Shown one piece after another: positions 50,686 to 62,144 of a DNA stretch of 64,000 nt (position 1 is its first letter; each line of letters starts with the position of its first letter). A program made the translations under genes and the position numbers. The stretch covers positions 23,126,001-23,190,000 of the forward strand of contig NC_043005.1 of assembly GCF_006345805.1 (NCBI RefSeq), in the 5' to 3' direction. The notes beneath the pieces are model-generated. The model was not told the origin of the DNA. It saw only the letters and a list, made by a program, of their open reading frames with translations, and did no database searches. This DNA comes from Octopus sinensis. Lineage: Eukaryota.

Positions 50686-52826
50686 AGAAATTTTCTTTGA
50701 CTAAGTAGAGGGTCAACTTTCCATAAATAGGAATGCTATAGTTGAATAAATCAAAAACCAGCATATTTGCCATAAACCCTTTTTCAATTCACTGCAGAAT
50801 GAAACCTCATTATATCATTGCTCACTTATCTTATGATGGCTCTAGGTTTATCTGTCCTTATTGGTCATTTGCAGGCTGGAGCGACTCCTGTAGTTGGATG
50901 ATTAGTTCTAACTATTGACACCAAAATCAGAATTTGAATTCAGAATGCAGAAAGTCAGAGTGGATATAGCAAGGTCTAATGATTGTGTCAAGCCACTACT
51001 CTGGACCAGTATTTTATTAACTTTAACCCCAAAAAGGATGAAAGGTAAAGTTGACTTTGACACGATCTAAAATCAGAACACAGGGAATAAATATGGCAAG
51101 GCATTCTGGCATGCTAACAATTCTGCCAATTTACCACCTTACTACTGATATTTTATCAAATTTTTGAAAGATTAAAGCAGTCCTTGACATGATTTGGTCT
51201 GAATAAATGAAGTGCCAAAATACAAAATAAAACATCTTGATATTATTCCATTTATAATTAATTTTACATTTGCAATTTTTTCCAGTCACTTAATCAGGCC
51301 ACACTGCATTACAGAGCCTCTGAGACTGGAGGAAGGGAAAAGTATCTTCTAACAGGAAACCTAGCCCAAATGCTAGGAGTGTGAGTTCCAGTAAAAGTAC
51401 TTAAGTATCAGGTAGTGGTATTAAACAGGGTGACAATTTAAGCCTACCATCCAATCTATCCATCGCTTACTTATATGGGTTGGATGCATCTCCTTTAAAT
51501 CTGTCATCTAAGACCAGTGAGAAGCAAGTAGGAATTTATCTTCAGATTGGTGACCTGGCTCAAAGTTTTGCAAACAGTGAGCTCCAAGAAAAGGTAGCCA
51601 AGGGCCTAGTGGTGGTGTTGAATTGAATGACAGATTAAGTCTATCACCCAATTTATGATTCATTAAAAACAATGTGCCCAGCATTAAACAGAAAATCACT
51701 TGAAGCATTAACTTCTTTCAATCTAAACCATCTCCCCAACACACATCTTGCTATGGTGTAAATAATAGTTCCATTAATATAGAACCAACTGCTAAAATGA
51801 TTATACTGAAGCAATTATGTTATTATCATTACAAAACTCCCAAACCATACTGAAATATAGAACCTTACATGGTGTTAGTTATAAAGCTATGAGTAACTTA
51901 AATGATGATTAAATACTAATGAGCAAATGTACCAAGTAACTCATCAGCACTGCTGCATGACCTACTAGAAATAGCAGCTAAATTTCCAGCGAATCACACC
52001 CCACCATCTTAAATAAGAAAATAACACATAAGTCTTACATATCCCTAAAAAGACAGGGTCGTCATGGCTGGAGAGCTTTTGACTATAGGTCTACATAATC
52101 AAGTTGACATGGAGTTAAATAATACATTTCAAAAATAGTTTATTATAGTAGTTACTATCTACTTGGAAGTTCAATTGCAGTCATAAGATATAGATCTGTC
52201 TTATCACAATTTTTAAATTGTCATTGTTTTGCTATATTTTATTTTAATGAGATAAGCCAATTTTTGTTTTACATTAACACAGGTACAGGCATAATGGACT
52301 ACAGGTTACATGGTCACAAGTTCAATCTTTGCTACAGTCACTGGGCTGTGCTCCTAAGGTAGTTGTAACTGCATTTGTCTAAGTCTGCCTGGCTGACAAA
52401 ACAGGTTTCATTGCCACTTCATCATTCAGAGATTAGCAGCAGGAAGTGCCTAACAACATTACATTGTGTTGTTACAAAGCAATGGTCTGTTTATTTGCTT
52501 CAGTTTTTTGGCCAAGGTAGCTCACTGCACTTCATTTAAGTAATAAAGACATCTAAATTAGAAACCTGAACATTCTTACACTATGTAACTTGTAAGTATA
52601 ATGTTAGTCTTCAATGTTTCTAAAAATACTGTTATTGCTGTTGCTAATTAGTTTTGATCAGCTGTACTTGTGAAGAACTAAATATAAAGGTTATGTCATC
52701 AAATATATAAAGCTTTCCCACAGGTTTTGGTACTCTAGATATACTAAATGGCTGTCTGTTTTGTGATCATGCTATACATTCTACCATGCATCAATATAGT
52801 GAGGACAATAGGATATATCACACATA

Positions 52827-53041
52827 CAGTAACCCCTGAACTATCATGGGTGTCACATTCCCACAGAAATAATTAAAATCTAAAAAAATATAAATACCGA
52901 TCAGCAGCAGAAACCCAGATATATTGAGGAGTCCACAATATAAATTTACATATATTAGCCAGAAAAATCTGCAATGTATTGAGTGAACCACGATGTATTG
53001 AGTGTGTGATAGGTGAACTGCAATATGGCAAGGAATTACTG
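52827..53041. mobile_element. pogo/Tigger-type MITE
   Basis: TA|CAGTAACCCCT ... AGGAATTACTG|TA. Confidence 0.7.
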
Positions 53042-53881
53042 TATGTTGCTACACAATCTTCTAAATCATACTGATGATGACTACAACTTATGAGTTAACC
53101 AAGATGGATGGACAGTTGATATAAGAATGCTCATACTTCAATAATCATGTTATATTCAAACTCTGCAGGTTGATAGTCCAGCTAATATGACTAGCAATAC
53201 TGCAGTTAGTTTAGGTATGTCTACATATCTATCATTAGCACTGTCACATCACTGCAGACTGGGTCTTTCTATCATCTTGTGCTAAGTTCCTGTGAATGCT
53301 ATTTGTTAATTTCCTCATACGTCTTTTGAATTGCTATTAAAACCACACACAGTAGAAATATTTTTTTTACTTCAGAATGGAGTTGTTACATTAACAGAGT
53401 AATTCAATTTCTATACCAATGTTTGAATATGCTGGCATATATTTTAATAGCCATACTTCAACACAATAGCCATAAAGGATTGTGTTTAGAGCACAAAACT
53501 CACATGTTAATGTCAGGTCTAAAAAAATTATTATATTTTTGCAGTTACTGTGACAACATTCCAATTTCTAAAAAAAAGTAATTGAATACATTTAGATGAC
53601 ACAACATTCCCTATTACTGCAACCACCATCACTGCTATTAACTTCAACTTACTGGCTGAATACTTGCCACTTCCTCCAAAACTCATTGCACTTATCACCC
53701 CTCTTTCAGTTATTGAAGTGATATGTTATATATACCCACCCATCAAGACATGCCCTGCCATACTAAACATTGCTAAATTGTTATTTTCAAGAATTGTATA
53801 TTTCTTCCATTCCTTTTCTCTTTAACCCTTTTGGGAGACACAGTGTTTTGGTAACTGTAGCCAAAAAGACTATTCTATTTC

Positions 53882-54273
53882 TGGAGTAAAGATTGTTTGA
53901 CAACATAGCAGTCCTGGTTTAGGACGAATGTTGCTGTAATTTAGCCCCAGGAGACATTGTCTCCAGCTGGCTATACAACATGATCTGTGTCCTTATATTT
54001 TTTAAAAAGGAAATCTAGCACCCTCACTCAGCTCAAAATAATATCTGTGTATCACAATTTCCAGGTTATTTCTCTTCATCAGCAAAGAATAATTGTTCGA
54101 CTAGAGGTGGCGCTGCCAAATTCCCGTTCAAAATATATAGTTTTCAAAGTGACAACTAGTCACTGATCGTGTCGTATAGCCAGCTGGAGATGATGTCTCC
54201 TGGGGCTAAATTACAGCAACATTCGTCCTAAACCAGGACTGCCATGTTATGTTGGCAAACAATCTTTACTCCA
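53882..54273. mobile_element. Foldback element with ~105-bp inverted arms and a ~180-nt spacer
   Basis: 53882-53985 is the reverse complement of 54165-54273; GCAGTCCTGGTTTAGGACGAATGTTGCTGTAATTTAGCCCCAGGAGACAT is identical in both arms. Confidence 0.9.
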
Positions 54274-55560
54274 AAGTACTGTTGCTGAATATCTCTCATT
54301 GTAAGATTTACAAATAGTAATTTCCATTTTATTTCTTTTGAGATGGATTGAAATTGATAGGTGCATGTAGAAAACAAAGGATAAAGTGCTTAAAACTACT
54401 TTACTAGTATGTAAAACTATGTATATTATATAGTTTTATATTATATCAACTGAAAGATGATCTCTGATTGGCTATTACACTTGAAAACTTTTGTTTCTTT
54501 GGGTCAATGGATCATCCTCAAGGTCCTTTCAGCTTGTATCACTTAGGTTGATAAATTGGCCTGGGTGTCACAAGAGGGTGACATTAACCAGTAAGAATTC
54601 AAACTGAACATTAACCACACTATTCTCACCAACTCTTCCCTATCTCCTAGCCAGAAGTAACTGACAAAAGGCTATAAAGCATTACCTGCAATTCTCTGAC
54701 TTGTCAATATAAAAATATAAATACTGTTTAATTTCCAAAGTTAATAATATTTTTAAAAACTACATAATTTCAGAGTATAGCTCATTTGAATAGGACAACA
54801 GCACACAGCAGGTAACTTTCTTAAGTGTCAATAATTAGTGACCTGAGACCATGACAGCTCTTACTTGTAATATGTTTTTCATTTTTTTTTAATATAAAGA
54901 AACCCTTTTTATTTTACACCAAAACTATAGTTAAAGGAAAGCATGGAGTAGGGTAAAAAGATATGTCTTACTGTTTTCACATGACTTGGAGAAGAAGGGT
55001 CATTCTCATTACCTTTTTTTCAGGATCTTAGATTGGTAGGAGAAAGGGAACAAGTTATCTTCAAACTTGAAATGTGGATCAACTTCTTGCAAGAGTGCAC
55101 CCTGCAAACGGCACCCAAGGGTCAGATGGTAGTGATAAAACATGCAATGAAGTAGACCTTTTGTTCCTATTTTTCTATTGAAATACATTGCTTTAGTTTC
55201 AATTAGTTTTGGAAATATTGAAGAATTTAGTAAAATAAGTTTGATATTATGCTGGCACCTGGAACATAAATTAACTTGAAATTTTGATGGAAGGTCTTAA
55301 TTTAGGTCACTTTAAGACAGGAAGTTAGTATCATGGGACTAGGAGTGGTTTCAGACAAGTTGGTATCAAAAGGGTTGTCTATCAATCAAAGAATGCTAAT
55401 AAGATCCAGTCAACAATCAAAGTGGTAGTAATGATGATGATGATGATAGAGAACTTTTATTTTCAGAGAATTAAAATAGCTTAAATATCAATAGACTAGC
55501 AGAATCGCTGTTATGCAATAAGTTGTGTTGAATACATGACTGTTCATTTATTATATATAA

Positions 55561-55900
55561 ACTGTGGTCATGCTGGGGCACTGCCTCGATTAATTTTTTT
55601 AGTCAAATGAATTGACCCCAGGACTTTTTTTTGCTATGCCTGGTACTTGTTCATAGGTCTCTTGTCGAACTGCTAAGTTACAAAGTATAAACACACCAAC
55701 ACCGGTTGCCAAGCAGTGGTAGGGAGCAAACACAGACACACATATATGACAGGCTTCTTTTAATTTCCGTCCAGCAAATCCACTCACAAGACTTTGGTCA
55801 ATCCAAGGCTATAGTAGAAGACACATGTCCAAAGTGCCATGCAGTGGGACTGAACCTAGAACCATGTGGTTGAGAAGCAAGCTTCTCACTACACAGCCAC
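55561..55900 (-). mobile_element. Family C SINE
   Basis: Reverse complement of the 48296-48706 family. Confidence 0.85.
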
Positions 55901-57349
55901 ATTTACAGGTTAAGTATAAAATTTATCACACCCACATCTCATACAATGAGTTTCAATTTTTTATTTTTATCACTAACACCACCTCAACCAATACAGACAG
56001 GTGAAAAGGTATTCAATTTGACTGTACCAAAATCATGAATGTTTTTGAAGACCTTATAAGTCTTCCTTTAATTGAAATCAGGCTATGTAGTATATAAATA
56101 AAGAGTACTTAATATTGGAACCTGAAAACATTGAGTGAAAACTTAACTTTATATAATAAGATTGAAGGAATGGTTTTAAGATCATTAGTACACTCACATT
56201 ATATGACGCCAAAGGATTGGCTAGTACAACTTGTAAACAGATACAGTGGCACAGTAAAGTTTATCAGTATGAACAACAGAAAGTAATGTATACAACAGAT
56301 ACAAATGACAAGCTTGTGATGACTCAAATCCTGTCTTCAACATAAAGTTAAAAGACACCACTTATTTCTTAATTAAAATTCTTGATTTTTTTTATGGTGC
56401 CCCAATAATATAGTAAATTATAGAGAACATCCCTACTTTATATCACTCCTCTGTTCAAACAATGTTAACAATTAGCTTCTATCATATACAGAAAAGCTTA
56501 AACTACATTATTTTAAATAAGAGTAAATGATTTGAAACTAGCTGGAACTGGTATCAGATGTTATGAGGATAAGAAATATACTTAAATATTGCCTGCTAAG
56601 AAACTTACAATAATCAACAATCTTGTTTCTTATGCTTTTTTTTTTCAGCTTACCATGGCAGCCCACCTTACATATAATAAATGAACAGTCATGTATACAA
56701 CACAACTTATTGCATAACAGCGTTTTATATTAATTTAAAATTGGGATCTCTAAAAGCAACATTAAGCAAAATAAATCAAACAAAAACTGTGAAATAATGA
56801 GGAAAAATGATTTCTTCATTGGAATGTCTAAATTTACCCTCAAAATCCTGAAATACCAACTGAGTTAAGAATTAGGGATCTAGAATATGATACCATTCTA
56901 AAAAACCATTCTATAGAAGTTTGTGTTGATGTATTTAATGCAAGGAACATGAAAAATGATTAATTTGTAAAGATTGTTGTGAAAGGGGGACCCCCCCCCA
57001 AATATTATTAATTATTGACTAACATTTTGATTATTTTGACAAGTGTGAAAGACAAATGTTTCACTGACTTGACCATACTTGCAGAATTAGTGATGGGATT
57101 AGTGGGGTAAGTAGATGCTATCCACATGAAAGAACAATAGTTGATGTTAATGAGCCAATGAGAATTACCAGTAGGTTAATTTGAACCAAAACTGAAAACC
57201 TAATTCTGAATTATTGTACATTAAAATAACAAGGAGGTGTAATTTTATTAATGACTAAATGAATGAAATCAATCAATACAACAGATGAGGGAAGCCATAT
57301 ATATGCAGAGGACATAGAATTGCTTTGTGTACCTAGAATTGCTCTTTAT

Positions 57350-57547
57350 CTCATTAGCACCCATGGTCCTTTTTTCAGGACCAGAAGGATAATCCATCAT
57401 ATTTCTGCAGCACCTGTATTTTTCTGAGATATCTTTAGTTAGTCATTGAGACTGTCGTGTCTTTCAAATATTGTAATAAAAATTCTTTTATCAGAAAAAA
57501 AGATTTTTGGTAATAAATCAAATGAAAACAATTTGGGCACTAATGGG
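57350..57547. mobile_element. Degenerate TTAA-type MITE
   Basis: Right end GGGCACTAATGGG|TTAA; left end TTAT|CTCATTAGCACCC is degenerate. Confidence 0.4.
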
Positions 57548-57659
57548 TTAATGTTGTTAACTAGTTTCTTACTACCAAACAAAGGAGAAATATTAATGAA
57601 TATTTGATAGAACTGAGACCTACATTATAGAAGTGAGATTAATAATTAGACTGACAGTT

Positions 57660-58760
57660 TGGTTTTGCATATATTGGTTGTTGGTCTAGAACATCTTGAC
57701 CTGGCTAAAACTGTAGCCATTTTGTACAAAGAGCTGATGAAACCAACAGAGATCTAAATAATGGTAATGCTATACATGCTATGAAGAATGTCAGTTTCAC
57801 AAACCTTTCAAAAACAAAGCCAGCAGAGAGCCACAAATATAGAAAGATTGTTTTAAATGTGGCAAATTAGGCTATCAAAAGCTTAAATAGAAAGCTCCAT
57901 GAAGAGGGAAGCAGAAAAACAAAATCATTTAAAACAGACACATTGTTTGTGAATGTACTAGATAGTGGGGAGGCTGTGAGTGTCAACAGAAGTGATAAAT
58001 ATGACCTGTTAGTGTTAGACACAGGTGCATAATGCAATGTTAGTGTTAGACACAGGTGCATAATACAATGTTAGTGACCGTTACTGAGAACACTGCTGCT
58101 GAGAAGTTATCTGAATTTACTTTCCAAAGAAAAGAACTTATGTGCAGCAAACTGCTACAATGAATTCACTAAATTATAAGTCATAAACCACTGTAAGTTT
58201 TAGTTTGTGAGACATAGTATTGCAGTGAATCTTGTGACAGACAATGAGCCATCATTTAAAAGTTAGTTATTCAAAGAATTTTACAACACTCAACAACTTG
58301 TGCACAGAACTTCCAGCCACATATGTCTATAACCTAATGATGTGTAAGAAAGAGTTACAGGAATTTTGAAATGACTTAGAAAAAGCAGATGGTCCATATT
58401 TTACAATAGGAATACAGCTAGGCCAGTGCATGTACTTTTTCCTGTAGTTCAAATTAATTGGATGAAGAACCAGAATCTTACTGTCTACTACTAATCTCCA
58501 CTTGAAACTGAGTGTGTCTGAATGCCCAGAATCCTACATAATGGTAGACTGAGCAAATGCTAAAATGCAGATCGGCAAAATATGTTTCCACCAAGACAAA
58601 AAAAATGATCATGATTGAGTACTTGCAAAAGTGACTGAAAATAACAGGTAGTTATATCATGAGTGATGGTTATAGCAGCAAAACAGGAAAAGCACACTCG
58701 CAAGCCATAAAATGCAGAAGAGCTTTACCCAATAGCCTGGATTTAGCAGATAGTAGTGTT
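57660..58760 (+). mobile_element. Decayed, internally deleted Ty3/Gypsy gag-pol
   Basis: Zinc-knuckle remnant CFKCGKLGY (57849), protease LDTGA*CNV (58015), integrase VINHCKF*FVRHSI..LVTDNEPSF...HRTSS...ER (58141-58400), RTRILL and GSYIMSDG C-terminal motifs; no RT/RNase H; no LTRs seen. Confidence 0.8.
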
Positions 58761-59760
58761 GAGTAATCTCACAAAGTTCCTGATCTTCATGACACAAGTG
58801 AACTAATAAAAACAAATTCCCTAAATAGTAAGACAGTCACAGCAGGAGAAGATCTAGTGATCTAATAAGCATTAACTAACTTGCTCTTGAAATAGTTACA
58901 TCAAGAGAAACAAAAAGATACCAACATTAGACGCTTATTTAAAACCTTTTCATTGCTTACATTGTTATACTTGGAATCCGTAGAGTTCAGCTGTGTGGTT
59001 AAAAAGTTTGTACGTTAGGTCAGTATCTAAACTATGGCCTTAGTTTGAGAGAAGCATTGGGTTGAATTTGGTTACACATATACATACCTGTGTGTATTTG
59101 TCTCTGCATGTATTTGAAATGACACACTATTTATGACAATATTTACCATTCCATATGAACAAAACATCTGGCAGGTCAGTGGTTCATGCAAAACTGTGCA
59201 ATATAAGTACCTTACTTGGAAATATTTAAAGGTTTGTGTCTTAATAAATCTCACCCAACTCATACTCTCATTTGAAATAATCAACAATGTTGAAAAAAGA
59301 GGGATATAACGAGAATTGTCCTCCCTACACATGTTGTGTAATGTATATGCATGTGCTGTAAACAATGGGAGGAGTGAGTAAAACATGCTTGACATGTCCA
59401 TCTTCAGAACAGGTTTAGTGCGTCAAAGGGATATTATATACAATGCACAGTTACAACACATGGTAGGGATACACTGGGCAAGTGAAATAGTGATTATGGT
59501 GTTTGAGATAATGGATAGCTGTCTCTCAAATAGATTACCATTTTCTTTCTTTTTTGTTTTTGGTGTGTGTGTGAGACACTAACAACAACAAAAAGAATAC
59601 ATTTGAAAAATCTTCCCCAGGCTCCTACATCTGGGCAGAATATATTCTACATTTTTCTTAACTGGCTGTGAGGAAGTAGATATCAGATTATCTGGGAATG
59701 TTCAACTTCAGATGAGAGACCACCAGTCTATCAGGCCATCAGCTGAAGGAGGGTCTACAT

Positions 59761-59864
59761 CAGTAGTTCCCAATCTGGGGTCTGCAAAGGTAGTACTAGG
59801 GGTCTGTACACACACAAGGAGTCCATGGGAAAACTCATTCAAATAAAAGGGTTTGGAACCACTG
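59761..59864. mobile_element. Small hAT-type MITE (104 bp)
   Basis: CAGTAGTTCCCAA / TTGGAACCACTG; TSD GTCTACAT / GTCTGCAT. Confidence 0.75.
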
Positions 59865-60920
59865 GTCTGCATGGTTGTGCCACCTGCTAGAGATAGTAAT
59901 CCAATTTCCCTCAAATGAAAGAAGATTATTAGTCATAAATATATTTATATCTAAATAGAAGACAAGGTGGTCATTGTTGGATTATCTATGAGTAGAAGTT
60001 GCTCAATCGGAGTTGGCCTGGGTTTATACAGCTGTCTTGTCATAGTAACTGAAATAATGATTCTGATTACAGGTTACAAGTGATGGCTGGTGTGTACAGT
60101 ATATTCCACATCGAACTCACCATACACCCACCATCACCACTACCAAGTGGACAGCCTGCTTTAGTTATGAGGAATTCCCATCATTTTAGCAGCAAAATAA
60201 GCAGTGAAATGTTTAAAACGACAGACAAAACCAAATAAACTTTACAGTCAGACACAAAGAATAGAAGCAGGTAATAAAAATTAATCAATACAAACAGGTC
60301 ATTGACTTATCAATCAATTAATCAACATTATTATTTATTTCCTACATACAAATGTGATAAAGAGAGTCAAGTGTTTTAATTTTTCTAATTGCAGATGTCC
60401 ATAAGGAGAAAGAAAAGGAATATCTACTGACTGAGGGAAATCAATGGAAGTTATGATGATCATGGCTTTTATTAGTGCTGTGAAAAAAAAAAGTGAAATA
60501 GCCACAAGGACCTAAACTGTCTTGCTAGAAACATACTGTCTAGACATCTGTTTGTGCTGGTATTTATCAATGACATTATGTTGTAATTATTGTATTAAAA
60601 CTGTATTTACTGTGTGTTATTGCTCATTGCCTTGCCAAATATATAATTAATTTTGTTGACTGATTAACCGATTAGTTATTCATTTTAGCAAAATGACCAT
60701 GTTAGTCATGGCTGGGTGGATTTAACGTATATATTGTTCTTCATGTGAAATTCCTTAAAATGTTTGTAATTTTTGTCAATGATGAAGCTACATCCATGGC
60801 TGCTACTGTTGGTGGTTTGTTAATTATTTTTAATAAACTAAAGTATAATTGCAAGTGTTGAACACCAATTTCATTGTTAGGGATATTCATTAAATAAATT
60901 TATTCCTCTTTGGTCTAAGT

Positions 60921-61230
60921 CAGGGTTTCTCTACCGGATCCCTAAAATATTTTTGGGGATCCATGCAATAAAATAATAACTTGGGGATCCATAATAGTAT
61001 TTTAAAGGCCCTTGCAAAAAATTTAGTTTAGATGTATGTATTGGTATGTATTGCAAGAAACAGGTTTCTTTCTCTAACATTTTACATAATTCAACCTACA
61101 CAAGTTAATGTGTGGAAGACAAAATAGGGATTTTGAAAGAACTTTTGATAAAACTAGTTTTTAAACATCAAATGGCTATAAGGGTCCACCAGAATCAAAC
61201 AGTATTCAAGGTGATTGAGAACCACCCTTG
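60921..61230. mobile_element. hAT-type MITE (degenerate)
   Basis: CAGGGTTTCTC / TGAGAACCACCCTTG; TSD-like GTCTAAGT / ATCTAAAT (6 of 8 match). Confidence 0.55.
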
Positions 61231-61921
61231 ATCTAAATGAATAAATAAATAATTTCTAATTCAGAGACATGGTTGGGAATTTTTGAGGAGGGGAGTCAAT
61301 TAATTAAAATGATAAAGTACTTAACTAGAACTTTATTTTATCACATTGGAAGGATGAAAGGTAAAAACTGACCATCCCAGGATTTGAACTCTAAATATAG
61401 AGCCAGAACAAATACAGCAATGATAATTTCTATATTAACCACAGAGGCTCGATAAGGACATTACAAACAGATAGGATACAGTATAGTGAGAAGGGGCAGT
61501 ACATAAAAATGTCCCCCACCCCCCTTCAAAAGTTACCTAGGACCAATCATGGAGCCCCTTGAAATCTGGGCCACCCTAACCACCAAGTGCAAGTGCTTTC
61601 TCTCAGCTGTCAATTCCTGGCCTAGACATGTTCAGAGGAAACCTGTTCACTCTCATGACGTTAACCATTCTCTCGCATCTTTTAACACATTTACTGATGG
61701 AGAGGGGAGAATTGCAGCACTTTCCTCCCCAGCTTCCTCTCCTTTTCCAAAAAGAACTTGTAAACGGTGAAGGGTTTATACCAACTCTTCAGCCCTTTTC
61801 AGTCTTCTGCAGCCTCTTTCACAGTACCTACAAGTCAGGACAATCTAATAACAAAAGCTTCTACATGCTCATCCAAACTGTTAGTAATCAAATCTTCTTC
61901 AAATCACATCAATCATTTTAA

Positions 61922-62144
61922 CCCATTGAGTCCCACTGTCCTATAAATAGGACACTAAATGAGAACCTTAAATAAGCTATATCACATAGTCTCAGTGTCC
62001 TATTTATAGGACACCAGGTATTTCCATTTCTACTTGAAGTAAAGAAGTGTTAATAATTATATTTTTCATTTTAACCTATTTTCAATCATCTGTAAAAATT
62101 TAAAAGTAATATTTAGAAAGTTAAGTACCCTGGGACTTAATGGG
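61922..62144. mobile_element. TTAA-flanked MITE with nested internal palindromes
   Basis: TTAA|CCCATTGAGTCCCA ... TGGGACTTAATGGG|TTAA. Confidence 0.8.

Noticed and set aside
54098-54118. CTCF-like ACTAGAGGTGGCGCTG
   Set aside because: Only the 3' half matches the CTCF consensus and it lies in a repeat spacer.
56654-56692. Minus-strand ATG...ATG|GTAAGC, 13 codons (MTVHLLYVRWAAM), as a candidate STAM exon 1
   Set aside because: Phase 0, whereas exon 2 needs phase 1; no similarity to the STAM N-terminus; overlaps an inverted-repeat arm.
61549-61921. Overlapping 73-aa and 97-aa ORFs
   Set aside because: No domain signature or splice context.
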